The notes under the pieces were generated by a model, which ran no database searches, was not told the DNA's origin, and saw only the letters and a program-made list of their open reading frames with translations. From contig CASFRI010000035.1 of the NCBI GenBank assembly GCA_949297055.1, positions 16,348 to 80,347 on the forward strand: a stretch of 64,000 bases of DNA. The letters are read 5' to 3'. The DNA is from an uncultured bacterium (GTDB lineage: Bacteria; Bacillota_I; Bacilli_A; RFN20; CAG-826). Positions within the stretch are counted from its first letter, which is position 1, and each line of letters begins with the position of its first letter. Below are positions 11,049 to 23,351 of this stretch, in pieces. The position numbers were made by a program, and so were the translations under genes.

Positions 11049-11876
11049 ATGGGAACTAGAAGTTATAAACCGACGTCACCGTCACGTCGTAACATGATTA
11101 GTTTGACCAATGAAGAAATTAGTAAAGTCGCTCCTGAGAAAAGCTTGCTCGTCGGATTAAGAAAAACCGGCGGACGTAATAATCAAGGGGTCATCACTAC
11201 CCGTCATATCGGTGGTGGTCATAAGCGCAAATACCGTCTCATTGACTTCAAACGTAACAAAGATGGCATTCCCGCCATCGTCAAGACGATCGAATATGAT
11301 CCAAACCGTAATGCTAACATCTGCTTAGTGGCTTACTTAGATGGTGAAAAGCGTTACATCTTAGCTCCAAAAGGTATCAAAATTGGAGATAGAATTGTCT
11401 CTGGCGTCGCCGTCGATATCAAAGTCGGTAACGCGATGGAACTTAAATCCATCCCAGAAGGTACGCTCGTCCACAACGTCGAACTTGCTCCTGGCAAGGG
11501 CGGTCAAATGGCGAGAGCCGCTGGTGCCAGTGCACAAATTCTTGGTAAAGAAAATCGTGCTGTCATCTTAAGATTACAATCTGGTGAAGTAAGAAAAGTC
11601 TTAGAGAATTGTCGTGCGACGATCGGTGAAGTAGGTAATGAAGATTATAGCTTGATCAATCTTGGTAAAGCAGGCAAAACTAGATGGTTAGGTGTCCGTC
11701 CGACAGTGCGAGGTTCCGTCATGAACCCAACCGACCACCCACACGGTGGTGGTGAAGGTAAATCGCCAGTTGGTCGTGATGCACCAAGAACGCCATGGGG
11801 CAAACGTGCCTTAGGCGTCAAGACGAGAAATACGAAGAAAGCTTCTAATCGTATGATCGTCAGAAGAAGAAAATAA
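11049..11876 (+). CDS. rplB: 50S ribosomal protein L2
   Basis: HPHGGGEGK motif. Confidence 0.95.
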   Translation: MGTRSYKPTSPSRRNMISLTNEEISKVAPEKSLLVGLRKTGGRNNQGVITTRHIGGGHKRKYRLIDFKRNKDGIPAIVKTIEYDPNRNANICLVAYLDGEKRYILAPKGIKIGDRIVSGVAVDIKVGNAMELKSIPEGTLVHNVELAPGKGGQMARAAGASAQILGKENRAVILRLQSGEVRKVLENCRATIGEVGNEDYSLINLGKAGKTRWLGVRPTVRGSVMNPTDHPHGGGEGKSPVGRDAPRTPWGKRALGVKTRNTKKASNRMIVRRRK

Positions 11877-11888
11877 GGAGGTTGAAGT

Positions 11889-12191
11889 ATGGCACGTAGT
11901 TTAAAAAAGGGTCCATTCTGTGATCCATATCTACTTCGACGCGTGGAAGAATTAAATAAGAGTGGCAAACGTGAAATCATCAAAACATGGTCTCGTCGTT
12001 CGACCATTTTCCCCGCCTTCGTCGAACATACCTTTGCTGTTTATAACGGTAAAGAACACATCTCCGTCTTCATCACGGAAGATATGGTCGGTCATAAATT
12101 AGGTGAATTTGTGCCGACGAGAACTTATAAAGGGCATACCGGTCACACCGCTGAAGATAAAGCAGCCGCGGCCGCAGCCACGAAGAAATAA
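11889..12191 (+). CDS. rpsS: 30S ribosomal protein S19
   Basis: Family match. Ala-rich C-terminal tail. Confidence 0.93.
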   Translation: MARSLKKGPFCDPYLLRRVEELNKSGKREIIKTWSRRSTIFPAFVEHTFAVYNGKEHISVFITEDMVGHKLGEFVPTRTYKGHTGHTAEDKAAAAAATKK

Positions 12192-12203
12192 GGAGGATAG
12201 GCT

Positions 12204-12656
12204 ATGGCACGTAGTAAGAAAAGTGAAGATGTCGTCTTAAAAGAAAAAGCCGATATCAAACGTGGCAAAAAAGAGAAAAAAGCGAAAGCCGAAGTCAAGG
12301 CCGCTCCTCAAAAACCACAAGTAAGTGAAGCCAGAGCTATCGCTTACAATGTAAGAGTTACTCCTCGTAAAGTTAGACTCGTCATCGATCTTGTTCGCGG
12401 AAAAGACGTCAAAGTTGCCCTAGGCATCTTAGCTAATGTTAATAAAGCCGCGGTCGCCCCAGTGAGCAAAGTTATTAAATCTGCAGCGGCAAATGCAACG
12501 AATAACTTCATGATGGATGAAAATAAACTCTACATCAAAGAAATTTATGCAAATGATGGCATGAGGATGAAAAGATACATTCCACGAGCGAAAGGTAGTG
12601 CCTCTGGCTTAGTGAAAAGAATGTCTCACATCACTTGTGTCGTCAAAGAAAGGTAA
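12204..12656 (+). CDS. rplV: 50S ribosomal protein L22
   Basis: Family match. Lys-rich N-terminal extension of about 40 aa. Confidence 0.92.
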   Translation: MARSKKSEDVVLKEKADIKRGKKEKKAKAEVKAAPQKPQVSEARAIAYNVRVTPRKVRLVIDLVRGKDVKVALGILANVNKAAVAPVSKVIKSAAANATNNFMMDENKLYIKEIYANDGMRMKRYIPRAKGSASGLVKRMSHITCVVKER

Positions 12657-12667
12657 GGTAGTGGTAT

Positions 12668-13351
12668 ATGGGTCACAAAGTAAATCCAGTTGGTATGCGT
12701 ATCGGCGTGAACCGTGGGTGGAATTCCCGTTGGTTTGCTGAAGGCAAAGAATACGCTGTCTTATTAAATGAGGATCGTCGCATTCGTGAATATATCGAAA
12801 AGCATCTTGATCCTGAAGCCTTACTTTCTCACATCGACATCGAAAGAGTGAAGACGGAAAAAGAAGGATACGATGTAAAAATCGCTATTCATGTTGCTTC
12901 TCCTGGTGCCGCGATTGGCTCTAATGGAGACCGTCTTAATAAAATTCGTAAAGACTTAGCAAGCCTAGTCAATGCGAGCAAAATTAAAGTTGATGTCATT
13001 CCAGTGCAAGTTCCATATCTTGATGCGCAAATCGTCGCGACGACAATCGCTCGTCAACTCGAAGCAAGAGCTTCATTTAGAACAGCACAAAAGAAAGCTA
13101 TCCAACAAGTTCGTAAAGCTGGCGCGAAAGGTTGTAGAACCTTAGTGAGCGGTCGTCTTGGTGGGGCTGATATTGCCCGTGGCGAAGGTTATAAAGAAGG
13201 TAGCGTTCCGCTACACACACTCAAATATGATATCGATTTCGCGATGGCGGAAGCTAAAACGACCTATGGTCGTCTCGGTGTCAAAGTGTGGATTTTCAAA
13301 GGCTTAGCCAAAAAAGAAAAACTTAATGAAGATGAAGGAGGGGAACAATAA
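12668..13351 (+). CDS. rpsC: 30S ribosomal protein S3
   Basis: KH-domain S3 family. Confidence 0.95.
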   Translation: MGHKVNPVGMRIGVNRGWNSRWFAEGKEYAVLLNEDRRIREYIEKHLDPEALLSHIDIERVKTEKEGYDVKIAIHVASPGAAIGSNGDRLNKIRKDLASLVNASKIKVDVIPVQVPYLDAQIVATTIARQLEARASFRTAQKKAIQQVRKAGAKGCRTLVSGRLGGADIARGEGYKEGSVPLHTLKYDIDFAMAEAKTTYGRLGVKVWIFKGLAKKEKLNEDEGGEQ

Positions 13352-13767
13352 TGTTACAACCAAAGAGAACAAAATATCGTCGTCCTCATTCAACTAAATA
13401 CGAAGGTAAATCTAAAGCTGGAAACGAAGTAAGTTTCGGCGATTATGGTTTACAAGCACAAAGCGGTGATTACATTACGGCGCAACAAATTGAAGCCGCA
13501 CGTATCGTTTTATCCCGTTTTACAAAAAGAAGTGGTAAGGTGTGGATTCGTATTTTCCCACAACTTGCTAAAACGAAAAAGCCTGCCGAAGTCCGTATGG
13601 GTTCTGGTAAAGGTAGCCCAGAAAGTTGGGTGGCAGTGGTCAAGCCAGGCCGTGTGATGTTTGAAATCGGTGGAGTCGGAGATGAAATGGCGAAAGAAGC
13701 CCTCCGCTTAGCCGCTTATAAACTCCCAGTCAAAACCAAGATTATTGAAAGGGTCAAAGGTGAGTAA
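13351..13767 (+). CDS. rplP: 50S ribosomal protein L16
   Basis: Family match. Confidence 0.95.
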   Translation: MLQPKRTKYRRPHSTKYEGKSKAGNEVSFGDYGLQAQSGDYITAQQIEAARIVLSRFTKRSGKVWIRIFPQLAKTKKPAEVRMGSGKGSPESWVAVVKPGRVMFEIGGVGDEMAKEALRLAAYKLPVKTKIIERVKGE

Positions 13768-13769
13768 AG

Positions 13770-13985
13770 ATGAGAGTTAACGAAATTAGAAGTCTTAGTC
13801 AGACCGAATTGAACGAGAAGATTTACTCGCTTAAAGAAGAATTATGGAATCTTCGTCGTAAAAAAGCCGTCGGACAATTAGAACATGGTGAAGATGTCAA
13901 ACGTGTCCGTAAGGATATTGCTAGATGTCTCATGGTTCAACGCGAAAGAGAATTAAATATTGGAGGAAATAACGATGGAAAGTAG
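13770..13985 (+). CDS. rpmC: 50S ribosomal protein L29
   Basis: Family match. Confidence 0.9.
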   Translation: MRVNEIRSLSQTELNEKIYSLKEELWNLRRKKAVGQLEHGEDVKRVRKDIARCLMVQRERELNIGGNNDGK

Positions 13986-14289
13986 AAATAGACGTGCGAC
14001 GTTCCAAGGTGTCGTCATCAAAAACAAAATGGATAAAACGATCGTCATCGCTATCGAAACCCATAAGAAACACCCGAAGTATTTAAAACGTCGTCAATTT
14101 ACGACAAAGCTCGTCGCTCATGACGAAGAAAATGTTGCTAAAGTGGGTGATGTCGTCACCGTCATGAAGACTAGACCACTTTCCAAAACGAAAAGATTCC
14201 GCTTAGTGTCCGTCGATAAGAAAGCACTCGAATCAGTCAAGGAAGCGGAAAAAGAAATTAAAGAAGAATTAGCGGAGGAGGAAAAATAG
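13975..14289 (+). CDS. rpsQ: 30S ribosomal protein S17
   Basis: MESRNRRATFQGVV. GGAGG RBS before ATG 13975. Acidic C-terminal extension. Confidence 0.9.
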   Translation: MESRNRRATFQGVVIKNKMDKTIVIAIETHKKHPKYLKRRQFTTKLVAHDEENVAKVGDVVTVMKTRPLSKTKRFRLVSVDKKALESVKEAEKEIKEELAEEEK

Positions 14290-14667
14290 ATGGTACAAAA
14301 CGAAACAAATCTCGTCGTCGCTGATAACAGTGGGGCAAGAAGCGTAAGAGTCTTCCGTCTCTACGGTGGTTCCTTCCGCAAATCATCGTCTATTGGTGAC
14401 ATTGTCCAATGTGCGGTGAAAGACGCCATTCCAAATGGTAAAGTGAAAAAGTCTGATATCGTTAAAGGTGTCATCGTTCGTGTCAAAAAACCTTACGTTC
14501 GCAAAGATGGAACGACGATTCGCTTCGACGATAACGCGATCGTCTTAATTGATGATAATAAAATGCCTATTGGCACGCGTGTATTCGGACCTGTAGCACG
14601 TGAATTACGTGAACATGGTGAAGAAGGATTCATGAAAATTGTTTCCCTCGCGACCGAGGTTCTCTAA
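14290..14667 (+). CDS. rplN: 50S ribosomal protein L14
   Basis: Family match. Confidence 0.95.
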   Translation: MVQNETNLVVADNSGARSVRVFRLYGGSFRKSSSIGDIVQCAVKDAIPNGKVKKSDIVKGVIVRVKKPYVRKDGTTIRFDDNAIVLIDDNKMPIGTRVFGPVARELREHGEEGFMKIVSLATEVL

Positions 14668-14678
14668 AGGAGGTCATT

Positions 14679-14990
14679 ATGCGTATTAAGAAAGGTGATA
14701 AAGTCATCGTCATCGCTGGTGATGACAAGGGTAAAACTGGTGTCGTACAAGCAGTTTATCCAAAACTTAATCGTCTCGTCGTCGAAGGCGTGAACGTGCA
14801 TAAGAAACATAAAAAACCTTCCCAAGCTACTCCAGAAGGTTCCATTCAAGAAATTTATGCTCCAATCGATGCTTCTAACGTCGCTTTGATCGATCCAAAA
14901 TCGAAGAAAGCTACGCGTATCCGCGTCGATTACGATAAGAAAAATAAAGTCAAAGTGCGTCTCGCCGCCAAAAGTGGCGAAAGGATATAA
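14679..14990 (+). CDS. rplX: 50S ribosomal protein L24
   Basis: KOW motif GDKVIVIAG. Confidence 0.93.
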   Translation: MRIKKGDKVIVIAGDDKGKTGVVQAVYPKLNRLVVEGVNVHKKHKKPSQATPEGSIQEIYAPIDASNVALIDPKSKKATRIRVDYDKKNKVKVRLAAKSGERI

Positions 14991-15004
14991 GGAGGTAAAC
15001 TTAT

Positions 15005-15721
15005 ATGCCAGAAGAAAAGAAAGTTACGGCTAAGAAAACTACGACGACTAAAAAGACCACGACGAAGAAAGTCGCTGCTTCAAAAGAAGTAGAAAAAGTC
15101 GAAAAAGTCGAAGAAGTTAAAGAAACTAAAGTAGCTCCTAAGGCCAAAAAAGCTAGCGGCGAACATAAAGTAGCAAAAGAAAGATCTAGATTACAAGATC
15201 GTTACGAAAAAGAAGCTGTTCCAGCTTTGATCGAAAAATTTAAATATACGTCGACTATGCAAGTACCAAAGCTTGTGAAAATCGTCGTCAATATCGGTGT
15301 CGGTGACGCAACCGTCAATGCAAAATATATTGATGAAGCTGTGAGTGAACTTACCGATATCAGTGGTCAAAAGCCAATTATTACAAAAGCGAGAAAATCG
15401 ATCGCTACGTTCAAATTAAGAGAAGGTCAATCCATCGGAACGAAAGTGACTTTGAGAGGCGTAAGAATGTATTACTTCCTCGATAAGTTAATCACTATTG
15501 CTCTCCCACGTGTGCGTGACTTCCGTGGCGTTTCTAAGACGGCTTTCGATGGTCGCGGAAACTATACCTTAGGTATTAAAGAACAATCGATTTTCCCAGA
15601 AATTGAATATGTGAAAATCGCTCGTGTGCGCGGTATGGACATCGTCATCGTCACCAGCGCAAAGAGCGACGAAGAAGGGCGCGAGTTACTTCGTTTACTC
15701 GGTATGCCTTTCCAAAGATAG
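15005..15721 (+). CDS. rplE: 50S ribosomal protein L5 with a 55-aa lysine/threonine-rich N-terminal extension
   Basis: L5 core from RLQDRYEKE onward, preceded by [46 protein letters not shown]. Confidence 0.9.
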   Translation: MPEEKKVTAKKTTTTKKTTTKKVAASKEVEKVEKVEEVKETKVAPKAKKASGEHKVAKERSRLQDRYEKEAVPALIEKFKYTSTMQVPKLVKIVVNIGVGDATVNAKYIDEAVSELTDISGQKPIITKARKSIATFKLREGQSIGTKVTLRGVRMYYFLDKLITIALPRVRDFRGVSKTAFDGRGNYTLGIKEQSIFPEIEYVKIARVRGMDIVIVTSAKSDEEGRELLRLLGMPFQR

Positions 15722-15736
15722 GAGGAGATACGAATT

Positions 15737-15922
15737 ATGGCAAAAACTAGCTTGAAAGTTAGACATTCTCGTCCACAAAAGTTCAAAGTTCGTGAATATA
15801 CACGTTGCGAACGTTGTGGCCGTCCACACGCTGTCTATTCAAAATTTAAACTCTGTCGTATCTGCTTACGTGAATTAGCCTACAAAGGCGAAATTCCAGG
15901 CTTGAAGAAATCTAGTTGGTAA
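15737..15922 (+). CDS. rpsN: 30S ribosomal protein S14 type Z (zinc-binding)
   Basis: 61 aa. CERCGRPH...CRIC. Confidence 0.93.
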   Translation: MAKTSLKVRHSRPQKFKVREYTRCERCGRPHAVYSKFKLCRICLRELAYKGEIPGLKKSSW

Positions 15923-15937
15923 GGAGGAGAAAGTATC

Positions 15938-16330
15938 ATGTTAACAGATCCAATCGCGGATATGCTCACACGCATCCGTAACGCTAATGCATTAAAACAC
16001 GAAGCACTTTCGATGCCTTCTAGCAAGATGAAAGTCGAAATTGCCCGCATCCTTAAGGATGAAGGTTTCATCACCGATTACGTCGTCACAGGAGATGTGA
16101 AAAAGACCTTACATATCACACTTAAATATAGTGAAAATGGTGTTCGTTTAATCTCTGGTTTAAAACGTATCTCTAAACCAGGTTTACGCGTGAACGTCGG
16201 CGTGGAAAAACTTCCACGTGTCTTAAGTGGTTTAGGTATCGCTATCATCTCCACTTCTAAAGGTATCGTGACCGATAAGGAAGCACGTCATCTTGGCGTC
16301 GGTGGCGAAGTATTATGTTATGTCTGGTAA
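15938..16330 (+). CDS. rpsH: 30S ribosomal protein S8
   Basis: [16 protein letters not shown]. Confidence 0.95.
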   Translation: MLTDPIADMLTRIRNANALKHEALSMPSSKMKVEIARILKDEGFITDYVVTGDVKKTLHITLKYSENGVRLISGLKRISKPGLRVNVGVEKLPRVLSGLGIAIISTSKGIVTDKEARHLGVGGEVLCYVW

Positions 16331-16348
16331 GGGAAGGAGAAGTAAATT

Positions 16349-16891
16349 ATGTCAAGAATTGGTAATAAACTAATCCACGTTCCCGCAGGAGTAAGCCTTA
16401 CGATCGAAGGTAATAAAATCGTCGTCAAAGGTCCAAAAGGAACCTTAGATGTTCCAGTCTTAGCTCATATCGATACGCATATCGATGGCGAAAATGTTAG
16501 TTTTACCCGTCATGATGAAACTAGCGCCGCTAAGACGAATCATGGCACCCAAAGAGCCCTCGTAGCAAATGCTGTCATCGGTGTTTCTGAAGGCTTTAAG
16601 AAACAACTCGAAATCGTCGGTATCGGTTACCGTGCGATGATGAGAGGCGATAACTTAGTGTTAAACGTCGGTTATTCTCACGAAGTTGTCATCATTCCTG
16701 AACCAGGTGTCAAAATTTCTTGCCCATCACAAACTGAAGTGCACGTCGAAGGTATCGATAAACGTGCGGTCGGCGAAACAGCGGCGAGAATTAAACTCAC
16801 TAGACCACCCGAACCATATAATGGTAAAGGTATTAAATTCAAAGGCGAACATATCATCCGTAAGGAAGGTAAACGCGCCGGTAAGAAGTAA
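16349..16891 (+). CDS. rplF: 50S ribosomal protein L6
   Basis: Family match. Confidence 0.95.
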   Translation: MSRIGNKLIHVPAGVSLTIEGNKIVVKGPKGTLDVPVLAHIDTHIDGENVSFTRHDETSAAKTNHGTQRALVANAVIGVSEGFKKQLEIVGIGYRAMMRGDNLVLNVGYSHEVVIIPEPGVKISCPSQTEVHVEGIDKRAVGETAARIKLTRPPEPYNGKGIKFKGEHIIRKEGKRAGKK

Positions 16892-16906
16892 GGAGGCTAG
16901 GAATAT

Positions 16907-17263
16907 ATGATTAATATGACTTCACGTAATGAAATGCGTAAGCGTAGACACGCTCGTGTGCGTAACAAAATTAGCGGTACGAGCGAGATGCCACGTCTTT
17001 GTGTCTTTAGATCAAATAAGCACATCGAAGCACAAGTAATCGATGATACGAAAGGTCTTACTCTCGCTAGCGCATCCTCTACTTCACTCAAATTAGAAAA
17101 TGGCTCGAACGTCGCTGCTGCGACGACGGTCGGAGAAGCCTTAGCTAAAGCTTGTTTAGCCAAAGGTATTACTAAAGTCGTCTTCGATCGTGGTGGCTAT
17201 CTCTACCATGGGCGCGTCCAAGCTCTCGCGGAAGCGTGCCGTAAAGCTGGACTTGTCTTCTAG
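16907..17263 (+). CDS. rplR: 50S ribosomal protein L18
   Basis: Family match. Confidence 0.93.
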   Translation: MINMTSRNEMRKRRHARVRNKISGTSEMPRLCVFRSNKHIEAQVIDDTKGLTLASASSTSLKLENGSNVAAATTVGEALAKACLAKGITKVVFDRGGYLYHGRVQALAEACRKAGLVF

Positions 17264-17275
17264 GAGGAAATAGCG

Positions 17276-17935
17276 ATGGAAGAAAAAGTTATGAATAACA
17301 CTCAAGAAGTGGAAACAAAAGTTAATGAAGAACATGGACCGGAAGTCGTCCAAAAAGCTGCTCGTCCTTCCCAAGGTGAAAGACGTCCACGCTTAGAAAG
17401 ACCTAACGTCCGTGGTGATCGTCATGGCGGAGCACGCCGCCGCGGCGAAAATGACCGTCAAAAAGAGTTTGAAGAAAGAGTCGTTTCTATCAAACGTGTC
17501 GCCAAAGTCGTCAAAGGTGGTAAACGTATGCGTTTCACTGCACTTGTCGTCATCGGTGATGGCAAAGGTCATTATGGCTTCGCTAGTGGTAAAGCTGGCG
17601 AAGTACCAGATGCTATTAAGAAAGCATTAGAACACGCTCGTCACAATTTACACCGTATTCCCATCAATAAGAAAGGAACGATTCCTCACGAAGTGATGGC
17701 AAGTTATGGTGCATGTAGTGTCTTCATCAAACCTGCTCAAGAAGGTACAGGTATCATCGCTGGTGGTCCAGTCCGTGCTATCTTAGAACTTGCTGGTGTA
17801 AGAAACGTCGTCTCTAAAGTTTACGGTTCAAGAGCACCAATTAATATTATCCGTGCTCTATCTAGTGGCTTAGATTCACTTAAAACACGTGGCGAAGTGA
17901 AAGCCTTACGTCAAGTAAAGGAGGAAAATAAATAA
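17276..17935 (+). CDS. rpsE: 30S ribosomal protein S5 with an Arg/Glu-rich N-terminal extension of about 55 aa
   Basis: S5 core from [16 protein letters not shown] onward, preceded by an extension. Confidence 0.92.
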   Translation: MEEKVMNNTQEVETKVNEEHGPEVVQKAARPSQGERRPRLERPNVRGDRHGGARRRGENDRQKEFEERVVSIKRVAKVVKGGKRMRFTALVVIGDGKGHYGFASGKAGEVPDAIKKALEHARHNLHRIPINKKGTIPHEVMASYGACSVFIKPAQEGTGIIAGGPVRAILELAGVRNVVSKVYGSRAPINIIRALSSGLDSLKTRGEVKALRQVKEENK

Positions 17936-18375
17936 TGGAACTCCATAATTTGAGCGCTACCAAAGGTAGCATGACAAAATCTTATCGTAAAGGCCGTGGG
18001 ATCGGCTCTGGCAATGGTAAGACAGCTGGTAAAGGTCATAAAGGGCAAAATGCCCGTAGTGGTGGCCACACAAGACTTGGTTTCGAAGGTGGTCAATTAC
18101 CTTTATATCGTCGTATTCCTAAGAGAGGTTTTACCCACATTCAAAAAGTGCGTTATGCCGAAGTGGATGTGACTGCTTTAAATGTCTTCAAAGATGGTGA
18201 AGAAGTCACTCCGACAAAATTATTTGAAAAAGGTCTTATCAAAAAGGACCTAGATGGTGTTAAAATACTAGGTAATGGTGAACTTAAAGTTGCTTTGACT
18301 GTCAAAGCTCATAAATTCACCAAAGCTGCGCAAGCAAGCATTGAAAAAGCGAAAGGTCAAGCATTGGTAATTTAA
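17935..18375 (+). CDS. rplO: 50S ribosomal protein L15
   Basis: Family match. Directly follows rpsE with no rpmD (L30) gene between them. Confidence 0.93.
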   Translation: MELHNLSATKGSMTKSYRKGRGIGSGNGKTAGKGHKGQNARSGGHTRLGFEGGQLPLYRRIPKRGFTHIQKVRYAEVDVTALNVFKDGEEVTPTKLFEKGLIKKDLDGVKILGNGELKVALTVKAHKFTKAAQASIEKAKGQALVI

Positions 18376-18376
18376 G

Positions 18377-19756
18377 ATGAAAACGCTCATTTCCGTCTTC
18401 AAGAACAAAGAAATCATGTCGCGTATCTTTTTTACGCTCATGATATTATTCATTTTCCGCCTTGGAGCGGCAATTACCATCCCTGGCGTCTCATTATCGG
18501 ACGATTTGGCGAACGAGATGAATACGACTTCTGCCTTATCGCTCATCAACTTATTAGGCGGGGGAGCCTTGACGAATGTTTCCATTTTCGCTTTAGGTGT
18601 CTCTCCTTACATTACATCTAGCATCATCATCCAACTTCTTTCTAGCGATGTTTTACCAGCTTTAAGTGAACTTAAAAGACAAGGTGAAACTGGTCGAAAG
18701 AAAATGGAGATGGCGACGAGATATTTAACTTTACTTCTCGGCGCAGTGCAAGCCTATGGCATCATCATGATGATGTCTAATCAAGGTTTAATTACGATCG
18801 AAGATACGTCCTTCTGGAACTATGTCTACATCGTCGCAATCATGTTAGCGGGTGGAATGATCGTCATGTATCTTGGTGACCAAATTACATCTAAAGGTAT
18901 CGGCAATGGTATTTCCGTCATCATCTTTGCCGGTATCGTGGTGAGCTTCCCACAACAAATTCAATTAGCGTTCCAACAATGGATCGGTTCATGGTTTGGT
19001 AATACGGAAGCAAGCAATTACATTTTACAAGGTGTATTCCAATTTAGCGTCTACATCTTAGCGTTCTTACTCATCATCGCTTTCGTCGTTTTCATCGAAT
19101 TAGCGAAACGTAAAATTCCTGTTCAAAATGCTGGTAAGGGTGGTGGTCATAATCCACGCATGTCACAAGCAAGTTTCTTACCAATTAAAGTCAATGCCTC
19201 CGGTGTTATTCCTGTCATCTTTGCAAGTGCAATTTTGATGGTTCCTTCCATCATTGCTTCCTTCATGGGTGTGACGGAAGAAAATGCTTCATGGCTTACC
19301 ATATTTAATATTTCAGCCTGGAATCCAATGCCAGGTGTGAATGGCACAACTTGGTACATGTGTTGGGGCTTAATCCTTTACATCATCCTCATCTTCTTGT
19401 TCTCCTTCTTCTATGCGAACATGCAAATTAATCCGGCTCAACTCGCCGAAAACTTCCAGAAGAATGGATCTTATATTCCAGGTATTAGACCCGGAAATGA
19501 AACGGAAAGATACGTGAAGAAAGTCGTCAATCGCGTCACTTGTATCGGTGCGTTTGCTCTCGCTTTCATCGCTGCTTTACCTAACGTTTTAACCTTGACT
19601 GGCGTGTTCGGTGAAAATTCATCGCTCGCCATCGGCGGAACTGGTTTAATTATCGTCGTCGGTGTCGCTCTTGAAATCTCTAACCAAATCAGCGGTCTAT
19701 TAGCCGGTAAGAGTTACGAAGAAGTCGTCGCCAGTGCCGGTAGAAGGGGATTTTAG
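18377..19756 (+). CDS. secY: Preprotein translocase subunit SecY
   Basis: 459 aa, 10 TM helices, SecY family. Confidence 0.95.
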   Translation: MKTLISVFKNKEIMSRIFFTLMILFIFRLGAAITIPGVSLSDDLANEMNTTSALSLINLLGGGALTNVSIFALGVSPYITSSIIIQLLSSDVLPALSELKRQGETGRKKMEMATRYLTLLLGAVQAYGIIMMMSNQGLITIEDTSFWNYVYIVAIMLAGGMIVMYLGDQITSKGIGNGISVIIFAGIVVSFPQQIQLAFQQWIGSWFGNTEASNYILQGVFQFSVYILAFLLIIAFVVFIELAKRKIPVQNAGKGGGHNPRMSQASFLPIKVNASGVIPVIFASAILMVPSIIASFMGVTEENASWLTIFNISAWNPMPGVNGTTWYMCWGLILYIILIFLFSFFYANMQINPAQLAENFQKNGSYIPGIRPGNETERYVKKVVNRVTCIGAFALAFIAALPNVLTLTGVFGENSSLAIGGTGLIIVVGVALEISNQISGLLAGKSYEEVVASAGRRGF

Positions 19757-19759
19757 AAG

Positions 19760-20416
19760 ATGAAAACAAATATTATTTTGATGGGCCCACCTGGAGCAGG
19801 TAAGGGTACCCAAGCTAAATTAATTATTCAAGAATTCAATTTGCCACATATCTCGACTGGCGATATGTTCCGCGAAGCGATGAAAAATGCAACTCCTCTT
19901 GGTTTAAAAGCCAAATCATATATTGATCAAGGTCATCTCGTGCCTGATGATGTCACTATCGGCATCGTCGAAGAAAGATTAGCGCAAGATGATTGTAAAG
20001 GAGGATTCCTACTCGATGGCTTCCCCCGCACGATTCCCCAAGCGGAAGCGTTAGATAAGATGATGGCAAAGATGCATCGCAAGATCGATCTTGTCATCGA
20101 TGTCGAAACGCCGAAAGAAGAACTTATCCGTAGGATTTCTGGCCGCCGCGTCTGCAAATCTTGTGGCGCGCCATACCACGTCGATACGATGAAACCCAAA
20201 GTAGATGGTGTTTGTGACATCTGCGGCGGTCCATTGATGCAACGTAAAGACGATAATGTGGAAGTTTTAGAAGTTAGACTAAATCACTACGAACATGAAA
20301 CTAAACCACTTCTTGATTATTATAAAGAAGCTGGTAACTTAGTGACTTTAGATGGCTCAAAAGGTAAAGATTTGCTCTTCGTTGAGGTTAAGGAACTCAT
20401 CCGAGGTGAAAGATAA
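19760..20416 (+). CDS. adk: Adenylate kinase (Zn-binding lid)
   Basis: GPPGAGKGTQ, and the lid CKSCG...CDICGG. Confidence 0.95.
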   Translation: MKTNIILMGPPGAGKGTQAKLIIQEFNLPHISTGDMFREAMKNATPLGLKAKSYIDQGHLVPDDVTIGIVEERLAQDDCKGGFLLDGFPRTIPQAEALDKMMAKMHRKIDLVIDVETPKEELIRRISGRRVCKSCGAPYHVDTMKPKVDGVCDICGGPLMQRKDDNVEVLEVRLNHYEHETKPLLDYYKEAGNLVTLDGSKGKDLLFVEVKELIRGER

Positions 20417-20418
20417 GA

Positions 20419-21172
20419 ATGATCATCATCAAATCTCCCCGCGAAGTGGAACTTATTCACGAAGCAGGTTTGATCGCTCATAAAGTATTCAAAGGTTTAG
20501 AGACATTCATCAAGCCGGGTATCTCGACTTACGATATTTCTAAATTTTGTGAAGAGATCATTCGCTCTAATGATGCTTACCCCACTTGCTTAAATTACGA
20601 AGGATTTCCTGGCGCGGTATGCGTAAGCGTGAACGATACTTTGATTCATGGTATTCCTTCACGCAAGGAAATTCTTAAATCTGGTGACGTGGTAAGCGTC
20701 GATTTAGGGGTGACGAAGAAAGGCTATATCGCGGACGCGGCTAGAACTTATCTAGTCGGTGAAGTGAAAGAAGAAATTAAGCGTTTAGTGGAAGTCACTA
20801 AAGAAGCATTCTTTCAAGGTTTAGCTAAAGTCAAACCCGGTAATCACGTCGGTGATATCTCTCACGCTATCGAAACTTATTATAAAAAGTTTGGTTATTC
20901 TTCGCCGAAAGATTTTACGGGCCATGGGGTAGGCCTTTCATTCCATGAAGATCCTTACATTCCAAATCAAGGAGTGGAGGGTACTGGAATTAAATTACGC
21001 GAAGGAATGACTTTAGCTATCGAACCGATGATTTGTTTAGGCTCAAGCGAATACAAAGTCTTAGGCGATGGCTGGACGATTAAGATGAGAGATAAATTAG
21101 CCACAGCCCACTACGAAAATACGGTCGTAGTGACCGCGGATGGCGCAAAGATTCTTACTATGGAGGACGAAC

Positions 21173-21186
<14 letters not shown>
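20419..21186 (+). CDS. map: Methionine aminopeptidase type I
   Basis: Family match. Confidence 0.93.
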
Positions 21187-21530
<344 letters not shown>

Positions 21531-21543
21531 GAGGAAAAAGAAT

Positions 21544-21918
21544 ATGGCACGTATCGTTGGTGTTGATATTCCAGATGAAAAAAGAGTCGTCGTTTCTCTT
21601 ACTTATATCTACGGTATCGGAAATACGACAGCGAAAAAGATTTTAAAAGACGCGAACGTCAGCGAAGATAAACGCGTCAAAGATTTAACTGACGATGAAT
21701 TCGTCCGCATTCGTCAAGAAATTGCCAAATATAAAGTGGAAGGTGATTTACGTCGTGACGTGGCGCTCAACATCAAAACTTTACAAGAAATTGGCTGTTA
21801 CCGCGGTATGAGACATCGTCGTGGCTTACCAGTGCGTGGTCAAAGGACACGTACGAACGCTCGTACACGTAAAGGTAAGAAGAAAACGATCGCTAATAAG
21901 AAGAAAGCGACCGCATAG
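21544..21918 (+). CDS. rpsM: 30S ribosomal protein S13
   Basis: Family match. Confidence 0.95.
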   Translation: MARIVGVDIPDEKRVVVSLTYIYGIGNTTAKKILKDANVSEDKRVKDLTDDEFVRIRQEIAKYKVEGDLRRDVALNIKTLQEIGCYRGMRHRRGLPVRGQRTRTNARTRKGKKKTIANKKKATA

Positions 21919-21933
21919 TGAGGTGTTAATTTT

Positions 21934-22320
21934 ATGGCTACAAAAGTAACTCGTAAGAAAAAAATTAAACGCACATTTACTAAGGGCGTCGCTCATATTC
22001 ATGCGACCTTCAATAACACTATCGTCGCTATCAGTGACGAACAAGGTAACGTCTTAACTTGGTCTAGCGCTGGTGTGCTCGGCTTCAAAGGAACAAGAAA
22101 ATCGACTCCTTATGCTGCTCAACTCGCTAGCGAAGCGGCGGCGAAGAAAGCTTATGACCAAGGTATTAGAACAGTCGATGTCGACGTCAAGGGTCCAGGA
22201 CCAGGTCGTGAAAGTGCTGTGCGTTCTTTAGCAAATGCTGGTCTTGAAATCTTATCTATTCAAGATTCGACACCCATCCCACATAATGGTTGCCGTCCAC
22301 CCAAGAAGCCAAAAGGCTAG
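21934..22320 (+). CDS. rpsK: 30S ribosomal protein S11
   Basis: Family match. Confidence 0.95.
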   Translation: MATKVTRKKKIKRTFTKGVAHIHATFNNTIVAISDEQGNVLTWSSAGVLGFKGTRKSTPYAAQLASEAAAKKAYDQGIRTVDVDVKGPGPGRESAVRSLANAGLEILSIQDSTPIPHNGCRPPKKPKG

Positions 22321-22341
22321 AGATAAGAAAGGAGTAATGAG

Positions 22342-23337
22342 ATGGAACACAAATTAGTTAATCCTTTTGAAAAGATGGCCTTCAAAGTGGCCAAGATTGA
22401 TGAAAATGATCATTATGGTCGCTTCGTCTTTGAACCTTTAGAAAGAGGCTTTGCGACGACGATCGGTAATGCACTTAGAAGAGTGCTATTATCCGCTTTA
22501 CCAGGTGCAAGCATCTTCGCTATCGAAATCGAAGGTGCGAAACATGAATTCTCTTCTTTACCTGGCATCGTCGAAGACGTCACCGAAATTATTCTCAATT
22601 TGAAAAAGCTCGTCATCGACATCGCTGATATTAATGATTCGAGCCAACGTAAACTTACTTTAGAAATTTCTTCTAAAAATGGTGCGACTGTCACTGCCGG
22701 TGACATTAAATGTCCTGCGGATGTGACGATTATTAACCCAGAACTTGAAATTTGTCATCTTGCGGCAGAAGGTAGCATCAATATGACGATGTATGCAAGA
22801 AATTATCGTGGTTACGTCACAAGCGACAATAATATTGCTGGTCCAAACGATCCAAAACATATTGGCTTAATTGCCACTGATTCGAATTATTCTCCAATTG
22901 AAAAAGTTAATTGGACGAGTGAACAAACACGTGTCGGCAATTCTTCTAAATTTGAAAAATTAGTGTTAGAAGTATGGACGAATGGTTCAATTGAACCAGA
23001 GAACGCAGTCGCTTTAGCGGCACAAATCTTAATTACTCACTTAGAACATTTCGCTCATCTTAGTGATATCGCCCAAGATATGAACATGTATAAAGAAGAA
23101 ACACCGGTGGAAGAAAATAAATTTGAAGACACGCCTGTCGAAGATTTAGATCTTTCCGTCCGTTCCTTCAACTGTTTAAAACGTGCTGGTATCACGACCG
23201 TTGGTGAACTTATTCAAAAGACGGAAGATGAAATGATGAAAGTGCGTAACTTAGGCAAAAAATCACTTAAAGAAGTGAAAGATAAACTTGAAGAAAGAGG
23301 TCTTAGTTTCTTAGAACATGGACCGAATATTGATTAA
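22342..23337 (+). CDS. rpoA: DNA-directed RNA polymerase subunit alpha
   Basis: Family match, 331 aa. Confidence 0.95.
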   Translation: MEHKLVNPFEKMAFKVAKIDENDHYGRFVFEPLERGFATTIGNALRRVLLSALPGASIFAIEIEGAKHEFSSLPGIVEDVTEIILNLKKLVIDIADINDSSQRKLTLEISSKNGATVTAGDIKCPADVTIINPELEICHLAAEGSINMTMYARNYRGYVTSDNNIAGPNDPKHIGLIATDSNYSPIEKVNWTSEQTRVGNSSKFEKLVLEVWTNGSIEPENAVALAAQILITHLEHFAHLSDIAQDMNMYKEETPVEENKFEDTPVEDLDLSVRSFNCLKRAGITTVGELIQKTEDEMMKVRNLGKKSLKEVKDKLEERGLSFLEHGPNID

Positions 23338-23351
23338 GGAGGTTAATACAT

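Noticed and set aside
15014-15070. Short tandem nucleotide repeat (aag aaa act acg acg…) at the start of rplE considered as a possible repeat element
   Set aside because: It is in-frame coding sequence for the [13 protein letters not shown] low-complexity extension of L5. It is not an independent repeat feature or CRISPR.
21140-21172. Upstream extension of infA proposed by the ORF track ([11 protein letters not shown]…)
   Set aside because: It overlaps the map 3' end in another frame. The conserved IF-1 N-terminus begins at MAKNDV (21173).
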